From Candidatus Woesearchaeota archaeon (GTDB lineage: Archaea > Nanobdellota > Nanobdellia > Woesearchaeales > WJKR01), in contig WJKR01000025.1 in assembly GCA_014729015.1 (NCBI GenBank), positions 1-32,416 on the forward strand: a stretch of 32,416 nucleotides of DNA, read 5' to 3'. How positions within the stretch are numbered: position 1 is the first letter of the stretch; the number at the start of each line of letters is the position of its first letter. The notes under the pieces are model-generated. The model did not search any database. It saw only the letters and a program-made list of their open reading frames with translations, and was not told the DNA's origin. Positions 1 to 8,494 of the stretch are shown one piece after another. Both the position numbers and the translations under genes were made by a program.

Positions 1-440
1 CCTTAGGGGCGATCTACACGTTCATCCTCTTTGCTGTCATCCTCTACCTGTTCGGGCCGAAAGCATTCTCATTGCCGTTCGGTATATTCGTCATCCTCTC
101 CGCCATCGTAGCGTACCCCATCAAATGGTTGTTCCCGACGCCGCGACCGGACCACAAAGAGAAACCGTTGCCGAAGAAGATAACCCTTTGGAACTACTGG
201 CGCGTCATCGACCACGGCGCCTTCCCCAGCGCACACGCCATGAGGACCGCAGGACTAGCGACACTCTCATTATTTTTCTCATCGCGAACATTACACGTAA
301 TCTTACTAGCATTATTCTTCATTATCTGCTGGTCACGAATACACCACAGAAGGCATTACCCGAAGGATGTCATCGGCGGAGCGCTGATGGGAATAATCAT
401 CATGGTGCTCTCCTGGTACCTCGCGCAATGCATGCACTAA
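1..440 (+). CDS. PAP2-family (type 2 phosphatidic acid / polyprenyl-pyrophosphate) phosphatase, 5' partial
   Basis: The frame is open from position 3. It has the PAP2 motifs C1 KWLFPTPRP, C2 FPSAHA and C3 SRIHHRRHYPKDVIGG, plus several hydrophobic helices. Confidence 0.88.
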   Translation, partial: LGAIYTFILFAVILYLFGPKAFSLPFGIFVILSAIVAYPIKWLFPTPRPDHKEKPLPKKITLWNYWRVIDHGAFPSAHAMRTAGLATLSLFFSSRTLHVILLALFFIICWSRIHHRRHYPKDVIGGALMGIIIMVLSWYLAQCMH

Positions 441-533
441 AGAAATATTTCCAAAAAAATTGAATTACCAACGAAATTCTTACCTCAAACCAATTAAAAA
501 ATCCTGTTTTCTCATCCACCCGGTGATACAACA

Positions 534-716
534 ATGGGATTAACCAACAAGAAAGAAGAACAACTCAAGAAGATGCCAAAGATAGAAACTAAACTGAGCA
601 AGAGTAATGATGGAAAGTTTGTCATACACCAAACCATTATTACGCATGTTCGACCAGTGACGTACTATCAAGCAGTGCTTGAGAACAATGAAGAAGTGGC
701 TGAGGAATCAGCCTAA
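534..716 (+). CDS. Small hypothetical protein (60 aa)
   Basis: Archaeal SD GGTGA at 522-526 upstream of the ATG; T-rich tract after the stop; protein-like sequence with a basic N-terminus and acidic tail. Confidence 0.7.
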   Translation: MGLTNKKEEQLKKMPKIETKLSKSNDGKFVIHQTIITHVRPVTYYQAVLENNEEVAEESA

Positions 717-770
717 TTCTTTATTTCTTTTGCATAATTCTTTTAAACTACTTTTTTTTCTCAATCCGAA

Positions 771-1271
771 CGTCATAAGGCCAGAATTCTTCAGGCTTCA
801 ACGTCTGAAGTATACGGTGATCCTGAGGTACACCCTCAAAAGGAAGAGTATAGGGGGAGTGTTAACACTATTGGTCTTCGTGCGTGTTATGATGAGGGGA
901 AGCGTTGTGCAGAAACACTCATGTTTGACTATCACCGGAAGAATGGTGTGGACATAAGAGTTGTGAGAATTTTCAGCACGTATGGTCCTAGAATGGCTGC
1001 TGATGACGGGCGTGTTGTTTCTAATTTTATCATACAAGCTCTTGATGGTGATGATATCACTATCTTTGGTGATGGTTCCCAAACAAGGAGTTTTTGCTAT
1101 GTTGATGATTTGTTGAATGCTATGGTATCTTTCATGAACACGCTAAACTGCACAGGTCCTTTGAATATTGGCAATCCTACTGAATTCACTATTAAAGAGC
1201 TAGCACAAGAGGTTATTTCTTTGACAAGTTCTACCTCTAAATTAGTTTATTTCTTTGTACTAAAGATTTAA
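771..1271 (+). pseudogene. uxs: UDP-glucuronate decarboxylase (UDP-xylose synthase) fragment
   Basis: The frame of ORF 921 extends upstream as [48 protein letters not shown] and continues ...[13 protein letters not shown]...[11 protein letters not shown], all UXS signatures. An in-frame TAA lies at 744-746. The N-terminal GxxGxxG Rossmann segment and the normal C-terminus are absent. Confidence 0.88.
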
Positions 1272-1277
1272 AAAAAA
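1270..1277 (-). terminator. Oligo-T terminator of the 5S rRNA gene
   Basis: A8 on the + strand equals T8 immediately downstream of the 5S 3' end on the - strand. Confidence 0.6.
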
Positions 1278-1278
1278 G

Positions 1279-1395
1279 GAGGACAGCTTTCCGGTTTTCC
1301 CACACATAAGTGCAGTACCAGCCGAAACGTGGGCATGCTTAACTATCCGTGTTCGAAATGGGAACGGGTGGAACCACGCCGCTTTGACCGTCCAC
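1279..1395 (-). rRNA. rrf: 5S ribosomal RNA (stand-alone)
   Basis: The reverse complement reads GGACGGUCAAAGCGGCGUGGUUCCACCCGUUCCCAUUUCGAACACGGAUAGUUAAGCAUGCCCACGUUUCGGCUGGUACUGCACUUAUGUGUGGGAAAACCGGAAAGCUGUCC. It contains the CCCAUnnCGAAC and GUUAAG loop motifs and GGUACUG, and helix I is formed by GGACGG/CUGUCC. Confidence 0.95.
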
Positions 1396-1409
1396 TGTTG
1401 GGAAACACG

Positions 1410-1423
1410 ATTTCATTTATAAA
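1410..1423 (-). promoter_or_regulatory. TATA box promoter of the 5S rRNA gene
   Basis: TTTATAAA at 1423-1416 (- strand), about 21-28 nt upstream of the 5S 5' end. Confidence 0.7.
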
Positions 1424-1436
1424 GTTAATGGTGAGT

Positions 1437-2420
1437 CTATTTTAATAGATTTGTGCTCGAGAAGCCTTCTATCCTTGGTATTAGGTATATTTTACCACCA
1501 TATTTCTTGACAGTTGTTGCTTCTATGCAGTTCTCTCCGTACTCAGCGCCGTTGGCATGTATATCTGGTTTTATATCTTCTACTATCTTCCTTGGGTCTG
1601 GCTCTGCAAAGCTGGTGATAAGATCGACTGCTGTGTACATGCTCAGCATACGTTGCCGTGCTTGTAGCGTGTTAACAGGTCTGTTTTTTCCTTTGTTCTT
1701 TCTGATGCTTTCATCCTCATTAAGTGCAACGATAAGCACATCCCCTTGTTTTTTTGCTTGTGAGAGAATGTAATCATGGCCTTCATGGAGGAGATCGAAG
1801 GCGCCGTTGAGCGTTACAATTTTTTTGCCTGCTGCTTTGAGCTCTGCTACTCGGTTTTTGATGGTTGTTCGTGATACTATTTTTTCTTCTTTAGCCTTAG
1901 CTACAAACGTCGCTGCTTGCAGGAGATCAGACGTGATGTACGCTGGACCTGCGGTTTTTACCTTTTGTAGTGTTACTTTTCCTTGTTCTGTGAGAAGGTG
2001 AATTGCTTTACATCCTATGTTGTTTGCTAGTTTTGTGTCCGATGGTTTGTCACCAATAATCCATGATTGTGTAAGGTCGATGTTATATTCTCTGGCAGCT
2101 TTTTGTGCGAGTGCAGTTTTTGGTTTTCTACATTTGCACACTTCTTCTGGTGAATGTGGGCAATGATATACTTTTTGTATGTTAACTTGTGATTGTTGTA
2201 GTGTATTAGTAAGGTGCTTATTGAACTGGTGCATTTGTTCTTCTGTGTAATATCCTCTTCCTATACCTGACTGGTTGGTAATAATGATTAATTCGAAGTT
2301 TTCTAGAATTTGCAGTCCTTCAATGACTTTGTGGTGAAGGGAGAACTCATCGACTTTGTAAGTGTAGCCACCATCTTTATTGAGTGTGCCATCTCTGTCA
2401 AGAAAGATTGCTGGATTCAT
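1437..2420 (-). CDS. gmhB: Bifunctional heptose-1,7-bisphosphate phosphatase (GmhB) / heptose-1-phosphate nucleotidyltransferase (HldC/RfaE-II)
   Basis: N-terminal HAD IIIA domain with FLDRDGTLN, TNQSGIGRG, CPH..C.CRKP and IGDK.SD. C-terminal nucleotidyltransferase domain with TLNGAFDLLHEGH, K..GD.LIVALN.D.S, KG..RP and EGFSST. Confidence 0.9.
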   Translation of the reverse strand: MNPAIFLDRDGTLNKDGGYTYKVDEFSLHHKVIEGLQILENFELIIITNQSGIGRGYYTEEQMHQFNKHLTNTLQQSQVNIQKVYHCPHSPEEVCKCRKPKTALAQKAAREYNIDLTQSWIIGDKPSDTKLANNIGCKAIHLLTEQGKVTLQKVKTAGPAYITSDLLQAATFVAKAKEEKIVSRTTIKNRVAELKAAGKKIVTLNGAFDLLHEGHDYILSQAKKQGDVLIVALNEDESIRKNKGKNRPVNTLQARQRMLSMYTAVDLITSFAEPDPRKIVEDIKPDIHANGAEYGENCIEATTVKKYGGKIYLIPRIEGFSSTNLLK

Positions 2421-3307
2421 TTTAGCTGTGGTAAATAATCTTTAATACCATCGATAAGCGAGTATTCTGCCTCAAACTTAAGGTGTTTTTTGGCTCGAGT
2501 AGTGTCTGCTTCTGTGTGGTGCTGGTATGTTTTCATATCGTAAGGGCTATCGATATATTCTGGTTGAAGATTTGTTCCAAGAGCTTTATTAATAGCAGCT
2601 ATTAGTTCGTTAAAACTTGTGCCGATACCTGTGCCTACGTTGTAGACTCCACTTTTTGCATCAAGTGCTTTTATGGTTGCTTTAACGACATCTTTGACAT
2701 AAATATGATCTCTTTTGTGTTCGCCGTGCTTGAACAATTTTGGTCTTTTACCTTGTCGCATCTGTTTTATGAGGTGGTATATCATCGATGCGGGTCTTCC
2801 TTTGTGTGTTTCTCCTGGTCCGAAGACATTGAAATACCGTAGACCAACGACCTGTAGGTCATCGTAGTGGTGGCTTGCCATCTCGTCTATGATGAGCTTT
2901 GATTCAGCGTATGCGGTGGTAATCTCTTTTGCTTGGTCTTCTTTTTGTGGTGCCGGACCGTTGCCGTATAAGCCTGCTGTTGACGCGTAGACAAGTTTTG
3001 CTTTTTTCTCTTTGGCAAGCTCCAGTATGTTTTGAAATCCTTTGACGTTGGCTTCGAGGAGTCTGGCATCCTCTTCGTAGCGTGGGTCTGTGATTGCTGC
3101 TATATGGAAGATTGCATCTATGTTTCCTTCAACAGTGAATGGTTTGCTGACGTCTTGCTCGATTGTTACCCCTTTGCATGTTTCGAGGTTGTCTTTGTGT
3201 CCGCTAGAGAAATCGTCGATAACAATGGTTTCGTGGTTTTGTCGTTCAAGTTCTTTCACAAGGTTGCTGCCGATAAACCCTGCTCCACCCGTAATGACGC
3301 ATTTCAT
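2417..3307 (-). CDS. hldD: ADP-L-glycero-D-manno-heptose 6-epimerase-like extended SDR
   Basis: Start revised to ATG 3307 (MKCVITGGAGFIGS). YAESK catalytic motif, HldD-like GLRYFNVFGPGETHKGRPASMI, RDHIYVKDV and YQHHTEAD. ATGA overlap with gmhB. Confidence 0.8.
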   Translation of the reverse strand: MKCVITGGAGFIGSNLVKELERQNHETIVIDDFSSGHKDNLETCKGVTIEQDVSKPFTVEGNIDAIFHIAAITDPRYEEDARLLEANVKGFQNILELAKEKKAKLVYASTAGLYGNGPAPQKEDQAKEITTAYAESKLIIDEMASHHYDDLQVVGLRYFNVFGPGETHKGRPASMIYHLIKQMRQGKRPKLFKHGEHKRDHIYVKDVVKATIKALDAKSGVYNVGTGIGTSFNELIAAINKALGTNLQPEYIDSPYDMKTYQHHTEADTTRAKKHLKFEAEYSLIDGIKDYLPQLK

Positions 3308-3338
3308 GTTATTATTAATGGTGCTTTTTTTATATGCA

Positions 3339-4016
3339 TTATGCATCGAGGTTCTGTTCGAAGGTTTGTGCTTTGACAAGATCCCTGCCTTTTCGACGCT
3401 TAAATTGGACGAGTCCTTGTAACTCTAGCTCATCCATATATCTATAGAATGATGCTTTTGAGCAGTATTTTTTCTGATCAACAACTACATCTCGTAAACT
3501 GATCTTTGTGAGATCTCCTTTGGCTACTTCGCTAAGAATTTGTTGTTTGATGATGTCTTTACGATTCCGCTCATAATTTTTGAGCAGGTCTTCTTTGAGT
3601 TTATCTGCAACTAGTTTCTGACTTTTTATGATTGGTTCTGGTTGTTGTATATTTTGTTCTTCTCTAACAGGTATTTCTTCAATTTTTTGCTCAGTCTCAG
3701 GCTGAGACTGGGTTGAGAAAACGCTTGATTCTTTTGTATTTAACTCTTTCAAGGCTTTTCCGACACCTTCGGCAACTGCTTCTTTGAGAATGAGTCTCAG
3801 CGTCTCAGGGTTGAGAATGGGTTGAGACTCGGATGATTTTCGCTCTTCTTCGAAAGAACGTCGGACATTTTCTTCTTTTTGCAACTGCTCCCTTACCCTC
3901 TGCAATTCTTCCTCGAACAAAGAAAACTTCGCGTTGAGCTCTGAGATGTCCTTTTTCACTTCCTGGAAGCTCTTTCTGATTCGCTTCCGATCGTTCCCCA
4001 ACAAATCCAATCTCAT
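3339..4016 (-). CDS. Hypothetical protein with N-terminal coiled coil and C-terminal wHTH-like DNA-binding domain
   Basis: Heptad-rich N-terminus, polar linker, then LTKISLRDVVVDQKKYCSKASFYRYMDELELQGLVQF, resembling a recognition helix plus wing. TTAAATA TATA box at 4046-4040. Confidence 0.7.
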   Translation of the reverse strand: MRLDLLGNDRKRIRKSFQEVKKDISELNAKFSLFEEELQRVREQLQKEENVRRSFEEERKSSESQPILNPETLRLILKEAVAEGVGKALKELNTKESSVFSTQSQPETEQKIEEIPVREEQNIQQPEPIIKSQKLVADKLKEDLLKNYERNRKDIIKQQILSEVAKGDLTKISLRDVVVDQKKYCSKASFYRYMDELELQGLVQFKRRKGRDLVKAQTFEQNLDA

Positions 4017-4151
4017 GCACGAAGAGGAATAATCCTCGGTATTTAATCCTTTCTCACGCTGAGACTGGTCTCAAAAAAACACGTTTGTTTATAAATGAAA
4101 TTCTCAATTAAGACTTTTCCATGTGCAAAAAGGCTGAGACTGAGCTGAGAA
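3689..4151. repeat. Array of TGAGA(C/A) / (G/T)TCTCA boxes in both orientations
   Basis: 16 TGAGA/TCTCA-containing boxes starting at 3694, 3703, 3714, 3785, 3794, 3802, 3812, 3823, 3942, 4010, 4051, 4060, 4068, 4101, 4135 and 4146. GCTGAGACTG occurs 3 times (3701, 4058, 4133) and GGGTTGAGA 3 times (3710, 3808, 3819). Palindromes: CAGTCTCAG-G-CTGAGACTG (3692-3710) and TGAGAC-TG-GTCTCA (4060-4073). Confidence 0.85.
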
Positions 4152-4194
4152 TGTCTTTTTTTCCCTCATCACAAGCAACTCTCTTTCAGAACGC

Positions 4195-4202
4195 TTATAA
4201 AT
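4195..4202 (+). promoter_or_regulatory. TATA box for a leaderless cysQ operon transcript
   Basis: TTATAAAT ends 21 nt before ATG 4224; no SD in between. Confidence 0.55.
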
Positions 4203-4223
4203 GGTGTTTTTTTCTCTAGGCAC

Positions 4224-5021
4224 ATGGAATTAGGGAAAGAAGCATCAATCGCACAAGAACTCGCACTCCAGGCAGCGGCTATCATCATGGGCTTTTACCA
4301 ACAAGATATGTCCGTAGCTGAGAAGGAAGATAAGAGCCCTATTACCGAAGCGGACCTTGCGGCGAACAAGCACATACTCAAAGGACTCAAGGAATTATTC
4401 CCAGATGATGCCATCCTCTCAGAAGAAGCGGCTGACGACAAGGCAAGGCTCGACAAGAGCCGGGTGTGGACAGTCGATCCTCTGGATGGCACCAAGGAGT
4501 TCATCAAGCGGAACGGCGAGTTCACCGTCAACATAGCCCTAGCTATCGATGGTGTGCCGGTCGTCGGGGTGGTGTGCTTACCGGCGAAGGACGAGTTCTA
4601 CGCGACTGATGGGGAGGATGTGTTCGTCATCAAGGATAGTGAACGCTTGCCCATCAAAGTCTCCGACAAGGATGACTTTCGGGAGATGACGCTGATGAAG
4701 AGCCGCTCGCACGCCTCAGAAGCACTCATAGCCATCGCCAAGAGGGCAGGCTTCAAGGATGAGAAACCTGCTGGCAGCGCCCTCAAAGGGTGCCTCGTCG
4801 CCTCAGGAGACGCGGACGTCTATATCAGGATGGGGAACACGCATGAATGGGATATCTGCGCGTTGGACGCAGTCATCAGGGCTGCAGGGGGCGTCGTGAC
4901 CGACCTGGAAGGCAATCCTTTAAAATACAACAAGGATGACACCCTCGTCAGGGGGTTCGTGGCTTCTAATGGTAAGAAGCACGAAGCATTGGTGGGGTTA
5001 ATACAAGATGGACAGGCTTGA
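4224..5021 (+). CDS. cysQ: 3'(2'),5'-bisphosphate nucleotidase CysQ (PAP phosphatase)
   Basis: [48 protein letters not shown] and EWD motifs. Confidence 0.93.
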   Translation: MELGKEASIAQELALQAAAIIMGFYQQDMSVAEKEDKSPITEADLAANKHILKGLKELFPDDAILSEEAADDKARLDKSRVWTVDPLDGTKEFIKRNGEFTVNIALAIDGVPVVGVVCLPAKDEFYATDGEDVFVIKDSERLPIKVSDKDDFREMTLMKSRSHASEALIAIAKRAGFKDEKPAGSALKGCLVASGDADVYIRMGNTHEWDICALDAVIRAAGGVVTDLEGNPLKYNKDDTLVRGFVASNGKKHEALVGLIQDGQA

Positions 5022-5886
5022 AGCATTGGAGGCGCAAAGCGTCTACATATTGAGGGAGGCGTATGCCAAGTTCAAGAGCCTCGTCATGCTCTGGAGCATC
5101 GGGAAAGACAGTACGGTCATGCTCTGGATGGCGAGGAAGGCTTTCGGTGGCCACGTGCCTTTTCCTTTGGTGCATATCGATACGGGCTACAAGATACCAG
5201 AAATGATCAAGTATCGTGACAAGCTCGCCATAGAACTCGGCCTGAACATGGTCATCGGCCAGAACAAGCAAGCACTCAGAGAAAAAAACACCTTCCCCGA
5301 CGGCAAGCTCAACAGGATAGAGTGCTGCAAAGCACTCAAAACAACAGCGCTCAGAAACACGCTCTCAGGGGAATGGCCTCGGTACCGATTGGATCACCAC
5401 AAAAAGAAATACGTGCTCGACGAGGACAAAGAGCCGTACACAGGTGTCATCGTTGGCGTACGAGCAGACGAGGAAGGCACCAGAAGCAAAGAACGCTACT
5501 TCTCACCAAGAGACAAGAACAACGACTGGGACGTCGCAGACCAACCCCCAGAACTCTGGAACCAATTCAAGACCGACTTCGCGCCGAACACCCACCTCAG
5601 GATACACCCCTTACTCGATTGGACTGAGCTGGACATCTGGCTGTACATCCAGAAAGAGAATATACCTGTCACTTCACTGTACCTCGCAAAGAATGGGAAA
5701 CGCTATCGATCACTAGGCTGCTATCCCTGCACCAAACCAGTCGACTCAAACGCAGATACTATCGCAAAGATCGTTGAAGAACTCAGAAGTGGAAAGTTCT
5801 CTAACATCGCTGAACGATCAGGAAGAGATCAAGACAAAGAAGACGGTGGAGGACTCGAGACCTTACGCTTGGATGGATACATGTAA
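5008..5886 (+). CDS. cysD: Sulfate adenylyltransferase small subunit
   Basis: [72 protein letters not shown] and terminal GYM. Confidence 0.95.
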   Translation: MDRLEALEAQSVYILREAYAKFKSLVMLWSIGKDSTVMLWMARKAFGGHVPFPLVHIDTGYKIPEMIKYRDKLAIELGLNMVIGQNKQALREKNTFPDGKLNRIECCKALKTTALRNTLSGEWPRYRLDHHKKKYVLDEDKEPYTGVIVGVRADEEGTRSKERYFSPRDKNNDWDVADQPPELWNQFKTDFAPNTHLRIHPLLDWTELDIWLYIQKENIPVTSLYLAKNGKRYRSLGCYPCTKPVDSNADTIAKIVEELRSGKFSNIAERSGRDQDKEDGGGLETLRLDGYM

Positions 5887-5887
5887 A

Positions 5888-6106
5888 ATGAGAAAAGAGA
5901 CGCACGCAAGAACACTCATAAAAAGTATTACCTGGAGGATTATCGCGACGATGGCTACCATCATTATCGTGTATCTTCTCACAGATAACTTTGGTATAGC
6001 AACAGCAGCAGGACTCGTCGAAGTAGTCACGAAACTCATCATCTACTACTTGCATGAAAGGGCATGGATACATGTCCCTTGGGGCATAAAGAAAAATGCG
6101 CGCTGA
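5888..6106 (+). CDS. DUF2061-family small membrane protein (72 aa)
   Basis: Start revised to ATG 5888. [18 protein letters not shown]...[14 protein letters not shown] is the DUF2061 pattern; two hydrophobic helices. Confidence 0.85.
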   Translation: MRKETHARTLIKSITWRIIATMATIIIVYLLTDNFGIATAAGLVEVVTKLIIYYLHERAWIHVPWGIKKNAR

Positions 6107-7883
6107 AAAAGAACAGATGAACATCGTACTCGTAGGTCATGTCGACCACGGTAAAAGCACAGTCGTCGGTAGATTGCTCGCTGACACCGACTCATTACCA
6201 AAAGGAAAACTCCAACAAGTCAAAGACTACTGCAAGAACAACGCAAAAACATTCGAATACGCGTTCCTCCTAGACGCATTGAAAGCCGAACAATCACAAG
6301 GCGTCACCATTGACAGCGCGAGATGCTTCTTCAAGTCAAAAAAACGGGAATACATCATCATCGACGCCCCAGGACACATAGAATTCCTCAAGAACATGAT
6401 CTCAGGAGCGGCACGAGCAGAAGCAGCAATTTTAGTCATCGACGCACAAGAAGGCATACAAGAAAACAGCAAGCGGCACGCGTACATGCTCTCCCTCCTC
6501 GGCATCAGGCAGGTGTTGGTGGCCGTGAACAAGATGGACCTCGTTGACTACTCGCAGGAGCGGTTCGACAAGGTCAAACAGGATTTCACCGGGTTCCTCG
6601 AGGGCATCGGCATCAAGCCTAGGGATTTCATCCCGGTGTCTGCTCGTGAGGGTGACAACGTCGCCTCCAATTCCAAGAATCTCTCATGGTTCAAGGGCGA
6701 CACCGTCCTGGAGGCGATAGACCATTTCGAGAAAGAGCCGTTGCCTGAGGACAAGGAGTTCCGCATGCCCATCCAGGGGGTGTACAAGTTCACCAACCTC
6801 GGCGACGACCGCCGCATCATCGGGGGGCGCGTCGAGACCGGCACGCTCAAGGCAGGGGACAAAGTGGTGTTCCTGCCTTCCTACAAGACCTCCACGGTCC
6901 AGTCCATAGAGGAGTTCAACGTCTCCGGCAAGAAATCCATCTCAGCCGGCGAGTCGACAGGTTTCACCTTGACTGAGCAGGTCTTCGCCACCCGCGGCGA
7001 TATCGCCTGCAAGGCCTCCGAACCACCTCCCTATGTCGGCCGGCTGTTCAAGGCGAGCATCTTCTGGATGGGCAAGAAGCCCCTGGAGCTGGACAAGGAG
7101 TACAAGCTCAAGCTCACCACCTCCGAGGCTAAGGTGCGCGTCACCGAGATTACGGGTGTCTTGAATTCGTCATCGTTGGAGAGCGCGAAGGCCCCCGAGG
7201 TCAAGCGCCACGAGGTGGCCGACTGCGTCATCGAATCCAAGGTTCCCTTGGCGTTCGACACGTTCAAGGCGATGAAATCTACTGGCCGGTTCGTCCTCGT
7301 GGACGAGTACGAGATCCGCGGCGGCGGCATCATCACCGAGCCCTTGGAGGACGAGGAGTCAGCCACGCGCGAGCAGATTTCGCTTCGCGAGCAGAAGTGG
7401 GACCCTGGCAGCATCGGCTTCAGGGAGCGCTCGTTGAAGTACGGCCAGTTCCCGACGCTCATGCTCATCACCGGGCCTTCCGGGGTGGACAAGAAATCCA
7501 TCGCGAAGCAACTCGAGAGAACGTTGTTCGACCAGGGACGCTCGCCCTACTTCCTCGGCATCGGTAATTTGTTGCGTGGCCTGGATGCGGATATCGACAA
7601 GGAAAGACGACAGGAGCATATCAGGCGTCTCGGCGAAGTCTCTCACTTGCTGTTGGATGCCGGCTTGATCGTCGTGGCGACCGCTAGTGATTTGACTGAG
7701 CCCGAGATAAGGTTGCTGCGGACCATCATCAACCAGGATTTCATCATCACCGCCAACGTCGGAGACTTCACCAATGGTAATGGTGTTATTGACGTCTTCC
7801 TCGACGAGAACGACGGCGTCGAGGCGAACGCGAACAAACTCTTGGGCAAGTTGTCGTCGAACAACAACATCTTCAGCAGGTAG
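6096..7883 (+). CDS. cysN: Sulfate adenylyltransferase large (GTPase) subunit with degenerate C-terminal APS-kinase domain
   Basis: [27 protein letters not shown] and TGRFVLVD...GGGII. The C-terminal CysC-like domain has GPSGVDKK in place of the P-loop and LGIGN in place of LDGDN. Confidence 0.92.
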   Translation: MRAEKEQMNIVLVGHVDHGKSTVVGRLLADTDSLPKGKLQQVKDYCKNNAKTFEYAFLLDALKAEQSQGVTIDSARCFFKSKKREYIIIDAPGHIEFLKNMISGAARAEAAILVIDAQEGIQENSKRHAYMLSLLGIRQVLVAVNKMDLVDYSQERFDKVKQDFTGFLEGIGIKPRDFIPVSAREGDNVASNSKNLSWFKGDTVLEAIDHFEKEPLPEDKEFRMPIQGVYKFTNLGDDRRIIGGRVETGTLKAGDKVVFLPSYKTSTVQSIEEFNVSGKKSISAGESTGFTLTEQVFATRGDIACKASEPPPYVGRLFKASIFWMGKKPLELDKEYKLKLTTSEAKVRVTEITGVLNSSSLESAKAPEVKRHEVADCVIESKVPLAFDTFKAMKSTGRFVLVDEYEIRGGGIITEPLEDEESATREQISLREQKWDPGSIGFRERSLKYGQFPTLMLITGPSGVDKKSIAKQLERTLFDQGRSPYFLGIGNLLRGLDADIDKERRQEHIRRLGEVSHLLLDAGLIVVATASDLTEPEIRLLRTIINQDFIITANVGDFTNGNGVIDVFLDENDGVEANANKLLGKLSSNNNIFSR

Positions 7884-7889
7884 GGAATC

Positions 7890-8462
7890 ATGGCTGACAA
7901 CATCACCTGGCACCACGGCAAGGTCACGCGGGAAGACCGCGTCAAACTCTTTGGGAAGAAGAACAAGGTGTTCTGGTTCACCGGACTGTCAGGATCGGGG
8001 AAGTCCACCATCGCGGTCGAGTTCGAGAAGCGGCTGCACGAACAGGGACATCCTACATTTATTCTTGATGGGGATAACGTCCGCCACGGCCTGAACAAGA
8101 ACCTCGGCTTCTCTCCCGAGGACCGTGAGGAGAACATCCGACGGGTGGCCGAGGTGGTCAAGCTGTTCTACGACGCTGGTGTGACTGTGTTGGTATGCTT
8201 CATCAGCCCTTATAGGAATGATCGTGAGTACGCGCGGTCATTGATAGGCGATGATTTCGTGGAAGTGTACGTCAAGTGTTCCTTGGAGACGTGCGAGGAG
8301 CGCGATCCTAAGGGCTTGTACAAAAAGGTCCGGAAGGGTGAGATAAGAGGATTCACAGGGGTAGACGCGCCGTATGAGGAGCCGACTTGCCCTGAGGTCA
8401 CAATCGTGAGTGATATTGTTGGTGTGGATGAATCTGTCTCTGCATGTATGGATTTGTTGTGA
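7890..8462 (+). CDS. cysC: Adenylylsulfate (APS) kinase
   Basis: WFTGLSGSGKSTIA, LDGDNVRHGLN, DREENIRR, FISPY, RDPKGLY and FTGVDAPYE. Confidence 0.96.
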   Translation: MADNITWHHGKVTREDRVKLFGKKNKVFWFTGLSGSGKSTIAVEFEKRLHEQGHPTFILDGDNVRHGLNKNLGFSPEDREENIRRVAEVVKLFYDAGVTVLVCFISPYRNDREYARSLIGDDFVEVYVKCSLETCEERDPKGLYKKVRKGEIRGFTGVDAPYEEPTCPEVTIVSDIVGVDESVSACMDLL

Positions 8463-8494
8463 AGAAGTGTATCATGGGTTTTTGGCGATTCATG

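Noticed and set aside
921-1271. 116-aa ORF as an intact epimerase gene
   Set aside because: Homology extends 50 codons upstream of the ATG and both termini are missing, so it is treated as a uxs pseudogene.
3689-4151. Box array as a CRISPR array or transposon ends
   Set aside because: Units are 5-12 bp in mixed orientation with no regular spacers; no cas or transposase gene and no target-site duplication seen.
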